Shown here: positions 1-12,160 of the stretch, piece after piece
How positions within the stretch are numbered: the first letter of the stretch is position 1
How the letters are laid out: the number at the start of each line of letters is the position of its first letter
From: Eledone cirrhosa
Taxonomy: Eukaryota
NCBI GenBank assembly: GCA_964016885.1
Contig: OZ024744.1
Coordinates: 23,250,001-23,314,000 of the forward strand
Length of the DNA stretch: 64,000 nt
Direction of reading: 5' to 3'
Translations under genes and position numbers: made by a program
Notes under the pieces: model-generated
Told to the model about the DNA's origin: nothing
Databases searched by the model: none
Seen by the model: only the letters and a program-made list of their open reading frames with translations

Positions 1-3000
1 TTCAACTGTTGTTGAAACGAGACAGTTCTTAAGATTCAACGGTTGTTAAAACGAGACATTTCTTAAGATTCAACTGTTGTTAAAACGAGTTTTATCTTAA
101 GATTCAACTGTTGTTAAAATGAGTTTTATCATAAGATTCAACTGTTGTTAAAACGAGTCAGTTCTTAAGATTCAACTGTTGTTAAAACAAGTTTTATTTG
201 AAGATTCAACTGTTGTTAAAACGAATCAGTTCTTAACATTCAACTATTGTTAAAACTAATTTTATCTTAAGATTCAACTGTTGTTAAAACGAGTTTTATC
301 TTAAGATTCAACTGTTGTTAAAATGAGTTTTATCTTAAGATTCAACTGTTGTTAAAACGAATCAGTTCTTAAGATTCAACTGTTGTTAAAACGGGTTTTA
401 TTTGAAGATTCAACTGTTGCTAAAACGAGTCAGTTCTTAAGGTTGAACTGTTGATAAAACGAGTCAGTTCTTAAGATTCAACTGTTGTTAAAACTAGTTT
501 TATCTTAACATTCAGCTGGTGTTAACACGAGTCAGTTCTTAAGATTCAACTGTTGTTAATACGAGTTTTATCTTAAGATTCAATTGTTGTTAAAACGAGT
601 CAGTTCTTAAGATTCAACTGTTGTTAAAACGAGTTATATCTTAAGATTCAACTGTTGTTAAAACGAGTTTTATCTTAAGATTCAACTGTTGTTAAAACGA
701 GTCAGTTCTTAAGATTCAACTGTTGTTAAAACTAGTTTTATCTTAAGATTCAACTGTTGTTAAAACGAGTCAGTTCTTAAGGTTGAACTGTTGATAAAAC
801 GAGTCAGTTCTTAAGATTCAACTGTTGTTAAAACGAGTTTTTTCTTAAGATTCAACTGTTGTTAAAACGAGACAGTTCTTAAGATTCAACTGTTGTTAAA
901 ACGAGACAGTTCTCAAGATTCAACTGTTGTTAAAACGAGTTTTATCTTAAGATTCAACTGTTGTTAAAATGAGTTTTATCATAAGATTCAACTTTGTTAA
1001 AACGAGTCAGTTCTTAAGATTCAACTGTTGTTAAAACAAGTTTTATTTGAAGATTCAACTGTTGTTAAAACGAGTCAGTTATTAAGTTTGCACTGTTGTT
1101 AAAACGAATCTGTTCTTAACATTCAACTATAGTTAAAACGAATTTTATCTTAAGATTCAGCTGTTGTTAAAACGAGTCAGGTCTTAAGGTTGAACTGTTG
1201 ATAAAACGAGTCAGTTCTTAAGATTCAACTGTTGTTAAAACGAGTTTTATCTTAAGATTCAGCTGTTGTTAAAACGAGTAAGTTCTTAAGATTCAACTGT
1301 TGTTAAAACGAGTTTTATCTTAAGATTCAACTGTTGTTAAAACGAGTTTATCTTAAGATTCAGCTGTTGTTAAAACGAATCAGTTCTTAAGATTCAACTG
1401 TTGTTAAAACGAGTTTTATATGAAGATTCAACTGTTGTTAAAACGAGTCAGTTCTTACGGTTGAACTGTTGATATAACGAGACAGTTCTTACGATTCAAC
1501 TGTTGTTAAAACGAGTTTTATCTTAAGATTCAGCTGTTGTTAAAACGAGTAAGTTCTTAAGATTCAACTGTTGTTAAAACGAGTTTTATCTTAAGATTCA
1601 ACTGTTGTTAAAACGAGTTTTATTTGAAGATTTAACTGTTGTTAAAATGAGTCAGTTCTTAAGGTTGAACTGTTGATAAAGCGAGTCAGTTGTTAAGATT
1701 CAACTGTTGTTAAAACGAGTTTTATCTTAAGATTCAGCTGTTGTTAAAACGAGTCAGTTCTTAAGATTCAAATGTTGTTAACACGAGTTTTATCTTAAGA
1801 TTCAACTGATGTTAAAACGAGTTTATCTTAAGATTCAGCTGTCGTTAAAACGAATCAGTTCTTAAGATTCAACTGTTGTTAAAACGAGTTTTATTTGAAG
1901 ATTCAACTGTTGTTAAAATGAGTCAGTCCTTAAGGTTGAACTGTTGATAAAACGAGTCAGTTCTTAAGAGTCAACTGTTGTTAAAACGAGTTTTATCTTA
2001 AGATTCAGCTGTTGTTAAAACGAGTCAGTTCTTAAGATTCAACTGTTGTTAAAACGAGTTTTATCTTAAGATTCAACTGTTGTTAAAACGAGTTTATCTT
2101 AAGATTCAGTTGTTGTTAAAACGAATCAGTTCTTAAGATTCAACTGTTGTTAAAACGAGTTTATTTGAAGATTCAACTGCTGTAAAAATGAGTCAGTTCT
2201 TAAGGTTGAACTGTTGTTAAAACGAGTTTTATCTTAAGATTCAGCTGTTGTTAAAACGAGTCAGTTCTTAAGATTCAACTGTTGTTAAAACGAGTTTTAT
2301 CTTAAGATTCAACTGTTGTTAAAACGAGTTTTATCTTAAGATTCAACTGTTGTTAAAACGAGTTTTATCTTAGGATTCAACTGTTGTTAAAACAAATCAG
2401 TTTTTAAGATTCAACCGTTTTTAAAACGAATGTTATTTGAAGATTCAACTGTTGCTAAAACGAGTCAGTTCTTAAGGTTGAACGGTTGATAAAACGAGTC
2501 AGTTCTTAAGATTCAAGTGTTGTTAAAACTAGTTTTATCTTAAGATTCAGCTGCTGTTAACACGAGTCAGTTCTTAAGATTCAAATGTTGTTAACACGAG
2601 TTTTATCTTAAGATTCAACTGATGTTAAAACGAGTTTATCTTAAGATTCAGCTGTCGTTAAAACGAGTCAGTTCTTAAGATTCAAATGTTGTTAACACGA
2701 GTTTTATCTTAAGATTCAACTGATGTTAAACCGAGTTTATCTTAAGATTCAGCTGTCGTTAAAACGAATCAGTTCTTAAGATTCAACTGTTGTTAAAACG
2801 AGTTTTATTTGAAGATTCAACTGTTGTTAAAACGAGTCAGTTCTTAAGGTTGAACTGTTGATAAAACGAGTCAGTTCTTAAGATTCAACTGTTGTTAAAA
2901 CGAGTTTTATTTGAAGATTCAACTGTTGTTAAAACGAGTCAGTTCTTAAGGTTGAACTGTTGATAAAACGAGTCAGTTCTTAAGATTCAACTGTTGTTAA

Positions 3001-6000
3001 AACGAGTTTTTTCTTAAGATTCAACTGTTGTTAAAACGAGACAGTTCTTAAGATTCAACTGTTGTTAAAACGAGTTTTATCTTAAGATTCAACTGTTGTT
3101 AAAACGAGTTTATCTTAAGATTCAGCTGTTGTTAAAACGAATCAGTTCTTAAGATTCAACTGTTGTTAAAACGAGTTTTATTTGAAGATTCAACTGTTGT
3201 TAAAACGAGTCAGTTCTTACGGTTGAACTGTTGTTAAAACGAGACAGTTCTTACGATTCAACTGTTGTTAAAACGAGTTATATCTTAAGATTCAGCTGTT
3301 GTTAAAACGAGTAAGTTCTTAAGATTCAACTGTTGTTAAAACGAGTTTTATCTTAAGATTCAACTGTTGTTAAAACGAGTTTTATTTGAAGATTTAACTG
3401 TTGTTAAAATGAGTCAGTTCTTTAGGTTGAACAGTTGATAAAGCGAGTCAGTTGTTAAGATTCAACTGTTGTTAAAACGAGTTTTATCTTAAGATTCAGC
3501 TGTTGTTAAAACGAGTCAGTTGTTAAGATTCAAATGTTGTTAACACGAGTTTTATCTTAAGATTCAACTGATGTTAAAACGAGTTTATCTTAAGATTCAG
3601 CTGTCGTTAAAACGAATCAGTTCTTAAGATTCAACTGTTGTTAAAACGAGTTTTATTTGAAGATTCAACTGTTGTTAAAATGAGTCAGTCCTTAAGGTTG
3701 AACTGTTGATAAAACGAGTCAGTTCTTAAGAGTCAACTGTTGTTAAAACGAGTTTTATCTTAAGATTCAGCTGTTGTTAGAACGAGTCAGTTCTTAAGAT
3801 TCAACTGTTGTTAAAACGAGTTTTATCTTAAGATTCAACTGTTATTAAAACGAGTCAGTTCTTAAGATTCAACTGTTGTTAAAACGAGTTTTATCTTAAG
3901 ATTCAACTGTTGTTAAAACGAGTTTATCTTAAGATTCAGTTGTTGTTAAAACGAATCAGTTCTTAAGATTCAACTGTTGTTAAAACGAGTTTATTTGAAG
4001 ATTCAACTGCTGTTAAAATGAGTCAGTTCTTAAGGTTGAACTGTTGTTAAAACGAGTTTTATCTTAAGATTCAACTGTTGTTAAAACGAGTTTTATCTTA
4101 AGATTCAACTGTTGTTAAAACGAGTTTTATCTTAGGATTCAACTGTTGTTAAAACGAATCAGTTTTTAAGATTCAACCGTTGTTAAAACGAGTTTTATTT
4201 GAAGATTCAACTGTTGCTAAAACGAGTCAGTTCTTAAGGTTGAACGGTTGATAAAACGAGTCAGTTCTTAAGATTTAAGTGTTGTTAAAACTAGTTATAT
4301 CTTAAGATTCAGCTGCTGTTAACACGAGTCAGTTCTTAAGATTCAACTGTTGTTAAAACGAGTTTTATCTTAAGATTCAGCTGTTGTTAAAACGAGTCAG
4401 TTCTTAAGATTCAACTGTTGTTAAAACGAGTTTTATCTTAAGATTCAACTGTTGTTAAAACGGGACAGTTCTTAAGATTCAACGGTTGTTAAAACGAGAC
4501 ATTTCTTAAGATTCAACTGTTGTTAAAACGAGTTTTATCTTAAGATTCAACTGTTGTTAAAATGAGTTTTATCATAAGATTCAACTGTTGTTAAAACGAG
4601 TCAGTTCTTAAGATTCAACTGTTGTTAAAACAAGTGTTATTTGAAGATTCAACTGTTGTTAAAATGAGTCAGTTCTTAAGGTTGAACTGTTGATAAAACG
4701 AGTCAGTTCTTAAGAGTCAACTGTTGTTAAAACGAGTTTTATCTTAAGATTCAACTGTTGTTGAAACGAGACAGTTCTTAAGATTCAACGGTTGTTAAAA
4801 CGAGACATTTCTTAAGATTCAACTGTTGTTAAAACGAGTTTTATCTTAAGATTCAACTGTTGTTAAAATGAGTTTTATCATAAGATTCAACTGTTGTTAA
4901 AACGAGTCAGTTCTTAAGATTCAACTGTTGTTAAAACAAGTTTTATTTGAAGATTCAACTGTTGTTAAAACGAATCAGTTCTTAACATTCAACTATTGTT
5001 AAAACTAATTTTATCTTAAGATTCAACTGTTGTTAAAACGAGTTTTATCTTAAGATTCAACTGTTGTTAAAATGAGTTTTATCTTAAGATTCAACTGTTG
5101 TTAAAACGAATCAGTTCTTAAGATTCAACTGTTGTTAAAACGGGTTTTATTTGAAGATTCAACTGTTGCTAAAACGAGTCAGTTCTTAAGGTTGAACTGT
5201 TGATAAAACGAGTCAGTTCTTAAGATTCAACTGTTGTTAAAACTAGTTTTATCTTAACATTCAGCTGGTGTTAACACGAGTCAGTTCTTAAGATTCAACT
5301 GTTGTTAATACGAGTTTTATCTTAAGATTCAATTGTTGTTAAAACGAGTCAGTTCTTAAGATTCAACTGTTGTTAAAACGAGTTATATCTTAAGATTCAA
5401 CTGTTGTTAAAACGAGTTTTATCTTAAGATTCAACTGTTGTTAAAACGAGTCAGTTCTTAAGATTCAACTGTTGTTAAAACTAGTTTTATCTTAAGATTC
5501 AACTGTTGTTAAAACGAGTCAGTTCTTAAGGTTGAACTGTTGATAAAACGAGTCAGTTCTTAAGATTCAACTGTTGTTAAAACGAGTTTTTTCTTAAGAT
5601 TCAACTGTTGTTAAAACGAGACAGTTCTTAAGATTCAACTGTTGTTAAAACGAGACAGTTCTCAAGATTCAACTGTTGTTAAAACGAGTTTTATCTTAAG
5701 ATTCAACTGTTGTTAAAATGAGTTTTATCATAAGATTCAACTTTGTTAAAACGAGTCAGTTCTTAAGATTCAACTGTTGTTAAAACAAGTTTTATTTGAA
5801 GATTCAACTGTTGTTAAAACGAGTCAGTTATTAAGTTTGCACTGTTGTTAAAACGAATCTGTTCTTAACATTCAACTACAGTTAAAACGAATTTTATCTT
5901 AAGATTCAGCTGTTGTTAAAACGAGTCAGGTCTTAAGGTTGAACTGTTGATAAAACGAGTCAGTTCTTAAGATTCAACTGTTGTTAAAACGAGTTTTATC

Positions 6001-7350
6001 TTAAGATTCAGCTGTTGTTAAAACGAGTAAGTTCTTAAGATTCAACTGTTGTTAAAACGAGTTTTATCTTAAGATTCAACTGTTGTTAAAACGAGTTTAT
6101 CTTAAGATTCAGCTGTTGTTAAAACGAATCAGTTCTTAAGATTCAACTGTTGTTAAAACGAGTTTTATATGAAGATTCAACTGTTGTTAAAACGAGTCAG
6201 TTCTTACGGTTGAACTGTTGATATAACGAGACAGTTCTTACGATTCAACTGTTGTTAAAACGAGTTTTATCTTAAGATTCAGCTGTTGTTAAAACGAGTA
6301 AGTTCTTAAGATTCAACTGTTGTTAAAACGAGTTTTATCTTAAGATTCAACTGTTGTTAAAACGAGTTTTATTTGAAGATTTAACTGTTGTTAAAATGAG
6401 TCAGTTCTTAAGGTTGAACTGTTGATAAAGCGAGTCAGTTGTTAAGATTCAACTGTTGTTAAAACGAGTTTTATCTTAAGATTCAGCTGTTGTTAAAACG
6501 AGTCAGTTCTTAAGATTCAAATGTTGTTAACACGAGTTTTATCTTAAGATTCAACTGATGTTAAAACGAGTTTATCTTAAGATTCAGCTGTCGTTAAAAC
6601 GAATCAGTTCTTAAGATTCAACTGTTGTTAAAACGAGTTTTATTTGAAGATTCAACTGTTGTTAAAATGAGTCAGTCCTTAAGGTTGAACTGTTGATAAA
6701 ACGAGTCAGTTCTTAAGAGTCAACTGTTGTTAAAACGAGTTTTATCTTAAGATTCAGCTGTTGTTAAAACGAGTCAGTTCTTAAGATTCAACTGTTGTTA
6801 AAACGAGTTTTATCTTAAGATTCAACTGTTGTTAAAACGAGTTTATCTTAAGATTCAGTTGTTGTTAAAACGAATCAGTTCTTAAGATTCAACTGTTGTT
6901 AAAACGAGTTTATTTGAAGATTCAACTGCTGTAAAAATGAGTCAGTTCTTAAGGTTGAACTGTTGTTAAAACGAGTTTTATCTTAAGATTCAGCTGTTGT
7001 TAAAACGAGTCAGTTCTTAAGATTCAACTGTTGTTAAAACGAGTTTTATCTTAAGATTCAACTGTTGTTAAAACGAGTTTTATCTTAAGATTCAACTGTT
7101 GTTAAAACGAGTTTTATCTTAGGATTCAACTGTTGTTAAAACAAATCAGTTTTTAAGATTCAACCGTTTTTAAAACGAATGTTATTTGAAGATTCAACTG
7201 TTGCTAAAACGAGTCAGTTCTTAAGGTTGAACGGTTGATAAAACGAGTCAGTTCTTAAGATTCAAGTGTTGTTAAAACTAGTTTTATCTTAAGATTCAGC
7301 TGCTGTTAACACGAGTCAGTTCTTAAGATTCAAATGTTGTTAACACGAGT
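1..7350 (+). repeat. Block of at least 2.6 kb (1 to ~2600) repeated at offset 4749 bp (4750 to ~7350)
   Basis: Private variants recur at exactly +4749: TTCAACTGTTGTTGAAACGAGAC 1/4750, ACTTTG 991/5740, TTTGCAC 1087/5836, TGTAAAAATG 2181/6930, AACAAATCAGTTTTT 2391/7140. A more diverged third copy starts near 8618. Confidence 0.9.
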
Positions 7351-9849
7351 TTTATCTTAAGATTCAACTGATGTTAAACCGAGTTTATCTTAAGATTCAG
7401 CTGTCGTTAAAACGAATCAGTTCTTAAGATTCAACTGTTGTTAAAACGAGTTTTATTTGAAGATTCAACTGTTGTTAAAATGAGTCAGTCCTTAAGGTTG
7501 AACTGTTGATAAAACGAGTCAGTTCTTAAGAGTCAACTGTTGTTAAAACGAGTTTTATCTTAAGATTCAGCTGTTGTTAAAACGAGTCAGTTCTTAAGAT
7601 TCAACTGTTGTTAAAACGAGTTTTATCTTAAGATTCAACTGTTGTTAAAACGAGTTTATCTTAAGATTCAGTTGTTGTTAAAACGAATCAGTTCTTAAGA
7701 TTCAACTGTTGTTAAAACGAGTCAGTTCTTAAGGTTGAACTGTTGATAAAACGAGTCAGTTCTTAAGATTCAACTGTTGTTAAAACGAGTTTTATCTAAA
7801 TATTCAGCTGTTGTTAAAATGAGTCAGTTCTTAAGATTCAACTGTTGTTAAAACGAGTTTTATCTTAAGATTCAACTGTTGTTAAAACGAGTCAGTTCTT
7901 AAGATTCAACTGTTGTTAAAACGAGTTTTATCTTAAGATTCAACTGTTGTTAAAACGAGTTTATCTTAAGATTCAGTTGTTGTTAAAACGAATCAGTTCT
8001 TAAGATTCAACTGTTGTTAAAACGAGTCAGTTCTTAAGGTTGAACTGTTGATAAAACGAGTCAGTTCTTAAGATTCAACTGTTGTTAAAACGAGTTTTAT
8101 CTAAAGATTCAGCTCTTGTTAAACTGAGTCAGTTCTTAAGATTCAACTGTTGTTAAAACGAGTTTTATCTTAAGATTCAACTGTAGTTAAAACGAGTCAG
8201 TTCTTAAGATTCAACTGTTGTTAAAACGAGTTTTATCTTAAGATTCAACTGTTGTTAAAACGAGTTTTATCTTAAGATTCAACTGTTGTTAAAACGAGTT
8301 TTATCTTAGGATTCAACTGTTGTTAAAACGAATCAGTTTTTAAGATTCAACCGTTTTTAAAACGAATTTTATTTGAAGATTCAACTGTTGTTAAAAGGAG
8401 TCAGTTCTTAAGATTCAACTGTTGTTAAAACGAGTTATATCTTAAGATTCAACTGTTGTTAAAACGAGTCAGTTCTTAAGGTTCAACTGTTGTTAAAACG
8501 AGTATTATTTGAAGATTCAACTGTTGTTAAAAGGAGTCAGTTCTTAAGGTTGAACTGTTGATAAAACGAGTCAGTTCTTAAGAGTCAACTGTTGTTAAAA
8601 CGAGTTTTATCTTAAGATTCAACTGTTGTTAAAACGAGACAGTTCTTAAGATTCAACGGTTGTTAAAACGAGACATTTCTAAAGATTCAACTGTTGTTAA
8701 AATGAGTTTTATCTTAAGATTCAACTGTTGTTAAAATGAGTTTTATCATAAGATTCAACTGTTGTTAAAACGAGTCAGTTCTTAAGATTCAACTGTTGTT
8801 AAAACAAGTTTTATTTAAAGATTCAACTGTTGTTAAAACGAATCAGTTCTTAACATTCAACAATTGTTAAAACGAATTTTATCTTAAGATTCAACTGTTG
8901 TTAAAACGAGTTTTATCTTAAGATTCAACTGTTGTTAAAATGAGTTTTATCTTAAGATTCAACTGTTGTTAAAACGAATCAGTTCTTAAGATTCAACTGT
9001 TGTTAAAACGGGTTTTATTTGAAGATTCAACTGTTGCTAAAACGAGTCAGTTCTTAAGGTTGAACTGTTGATAAAACGAGTCAGTTCTTAAGATTCAACT
9101 GTTGTTAAAACTAGTTTTATCTTAAGATTCAGCTGTTGTTAACACGAGTCAGTTCTTAAGATTCAACTGTTGTTAATACGAGTTTTATCTTAAGATTCAA
9201 TTGTTGTTAAAACGAGTCAGTTCTTAAGATTCAACTGTTGTTAAAACGAGTTATATCTTAAGATTCAACTGTTGTTAAAACGAGTTTTATCTTAAGATTC
9301 AACTGTTGTTAAAACGAGTCAGTTCTTAAGATTCAACTGTTGTTAAAACGAGTTTTATTTGAAGATTCATCTGTTGTTAAAACGAGTCAGTTCTTAAGGT
9401 TGAACTGTTGATAAAACGAGTCAGTTCTTAAGATTCAACTGTTGTTAAAACGAGTTTTTTCTTAAGATTCAACTGTTGTTAAAACGAGACAGTTCTTAAG
9501 ATTCAACTGTTGTTAAAACGAGACAGTTCTCAAGATTCAACTGTTGTTAAAACGAGTTTTATCTTAAGATTCAACTGTTGTTAAAATGAGTTTTATCATA
9601 AGATTCAACTGTTGTTAAAACAAGTTTTATTTGAAGATTCAACTGTTGTTAAAACGAGTCAGTTATTAAGTTTGCACTGTTGTTAAAACGAATCTGTTCT
9701 TAACATTCAACTATAGTTAAAACGAATTTTATCTTAAGATTCAGCTGTTGTTAAAACGAGTCAGGTCTTAAGGTTGAACTGTTGATAAAACGAGACAGTT
9801 CTTACGATTAAACTGTTGTTAAAACGAGTTTTATCTTAAGATTCATCTG

Positions 9850-12160
9850 TTGTTAAAACGAGTAAGTTCTTAAGATTCAACTGTTGTTAAAACGAGTTTT
9901 ATCTTAAGATTCGACTGTTGTTAAAACGAGTTTTATTTGAAGATTTAACTGTTGTTAAAATGAGTCAGTTCTTAAGGTTGAACTGTTGATAAAGCGAGTC
10001 AGTTGTTAAGATTCAACTGTTGTTAAAACGAGTTTTATCTTAAGATTCAGCTGTTGTTAAAACGAGTCAGTTCTTAAGATTCAAATGTTGTTAACACGAG
10101 TTTTATCTTAAGATTCAACTGATGTTAAACAGAGTTTATCTTAAGATTCAGCTGTCGTTAAAACGAATCAGTTCTTATGATTCAACTGTTGTTAAAACGA
10201 GTTTTATTTGAAGATTCAACTGTTGTTAAAATGAGTCAGTCCTTAAGGTTGAACTGTTGATAAAACGAGTCAGTTCTTAAGAGTCAACTGTTGTTAAAAC
10301 GAGTTTTATCTTAAGATTCAGCTGTTGTTAAAACGAGTCAGTTCTTAAGATTCAACTGTTGTTAAAACGAGTTTTATCTTAAGATTCAACTGTTATTAAA
10401 ACGAGTCAGTTCTTAAGATTCAACTGTTGTTAAAACGAGTTTTATCTTAAGATTCAACTGTTGTTAAAACGAGTTTATCTTAAGATTCAGTTGTTGTTAA
10501 AACGAATCAGTTCTTAAGATTCAACTGTTGTTAAAACGAGTCAGTTCTTAAGGTTGAACTGTTGATAAAACGAGTCAGTTCTTAAGATTCAACTGTTGTT
10601 AAAACGAGTTTTATCTAAAGATTCAGCTGTTGTTAAAATGAGTCAGTTCTTAAGATTCAACTGTTGTTAAAACGAGTTTTATCTTAAGATTCAACTGTTG
10701 TTAAAACGAGTCAGTTCTTAAGATTCAACTGTTGTTAAAACGAGTCAGTTCTTAAGATTCAACTGTTGTTAAAACGAGTTTTATCTTAAGATTCAGCTGT
10801 TGTTAAAACGAGTTTATTTGAAGATTCAACTGTTGTTAAGATGAGTCAGTTCTTAAGGTTGAACTGCTGATAAAACGAGTCAGTTCTTAAGATCCAACTG
10901 TTGTTAAAACGAGTTTTATCTTAAGATTTAGCTGTTGTTAAAACGAGTCAGTTCTTAAGATTCAACTGTTGTTAAAACGAGTTTATCTTAAAATTCAGCT
11001 GTTGTTAAAACGAGTAAGTTCTTAAGATTCAACTGTTGTTAAAACGAGTTTTATCTTAAGATTCGACTGTTGTTAAAACGAGTTTTATTTGAAGATTTAA
11101 CTGTTGTTAAAATGAGTCAGTTCTTAAGGTTGAACTGTTGATAAAGCGAGTCAGTTGTTAAGATTCAACTGTTGTTAAAACGAGTTTTATCTTAAGATTC
11201 AGCTGTTGTTAAAACGAGTCAGTTCTTAAGATTCAAATGTTGTTAACACGAGTTTTATCTTAAGATTCAACTGATGTTAAACAGAGTTTATCTTAAGATT
11301 CAGCTGTCGTTAAAACGAATCAGTTCTTATGATTCAACTGTTGTTAAAACGAGTTTTATTTGAAGATTCAACTGTTGTTAAAATGAGTCAGTCCTTAAGG
11401 TTGAACTGTTGATAAAACGAGTCAGTTCTTAAGAGTCAACTGTTGTTAAAACGAGTTTTATCTTAAGATTCAGCTGTTGTTAAAACGAGTCAGTTCTTAA
11501 GATTCAACTGTTGTTAAAACGAGTTTTATCTTAAGATTCAACTGTTATTAAAACGAGTCAGTTCTTAAGATTCAACTGTTGTTAAAACGAGTTTTATCTT
11601 AAGATTCAACTGTTGTTAAAACGAGTTTATCTTAAGATTCAGTTGTTGTTAAAACGAATCAGTTCTTAAGATTCAACTGTTGTTAAAACGAGTCAGTTCT
11701 TAAGGTTGAACTGTTGATAAAACGAGTCAGTTCTTAAGATTCAACTGTTGTTAAAACGAGTTTTATCTAAAGATTCATCTGTTGTTAAAATGAGTCAGTT
11801 CTTAAGATTCAACTGTTGTTAAAACGAGTTTTATCTTAAGATTCAACTGTTGTTAAAACGAGTCAGTTCTTAAGATTCAACTGTTGTTAAAACGAGTCAG
11901 TTCTTAAGATTCAACTGTTGTTAAAACGAGTTTTATCTTAAGATTCAGCTGTTGTTAAAACGAGTTTATTTGAAGATTCAACTGTTGTTAAGATGAGTCA
12001 GTTCTTAAGGTTGAACTGCTGATAAAACGAGTCAGTTCTTAAGATCCAACTGTTGTTAAAACGAGTTTTATCTTAAGATTTAGCTGTTGTTAAAACGAGT
12101 CAGTTCTTAAGATTCAACTGTTGTTAAAACGAGTTTATCTTAAAATTCAGCTGTTGTTAA
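9850..12160 (+). repeat. Tandem duplication, 1152-bp unit (34 monomers, four of them 33 bp), 2 copies
   Basis: TCGACTG 9911/11063, (AAAC)AGAGTTT 10131/11283 and GATCCAAC 10891/12043 all recur at +1152, which equals 34x34-4. Confidence 0.92.

Noticed and set aside
69-136. Minus-strand peptide QQLNLKIKLVLTTVES resembling a leucine-rich-repeat fragment
   Set aside because: It is only 16 codons between stops, as expected by chance from AT-rich sequence, and it lacks LRR periodicity.
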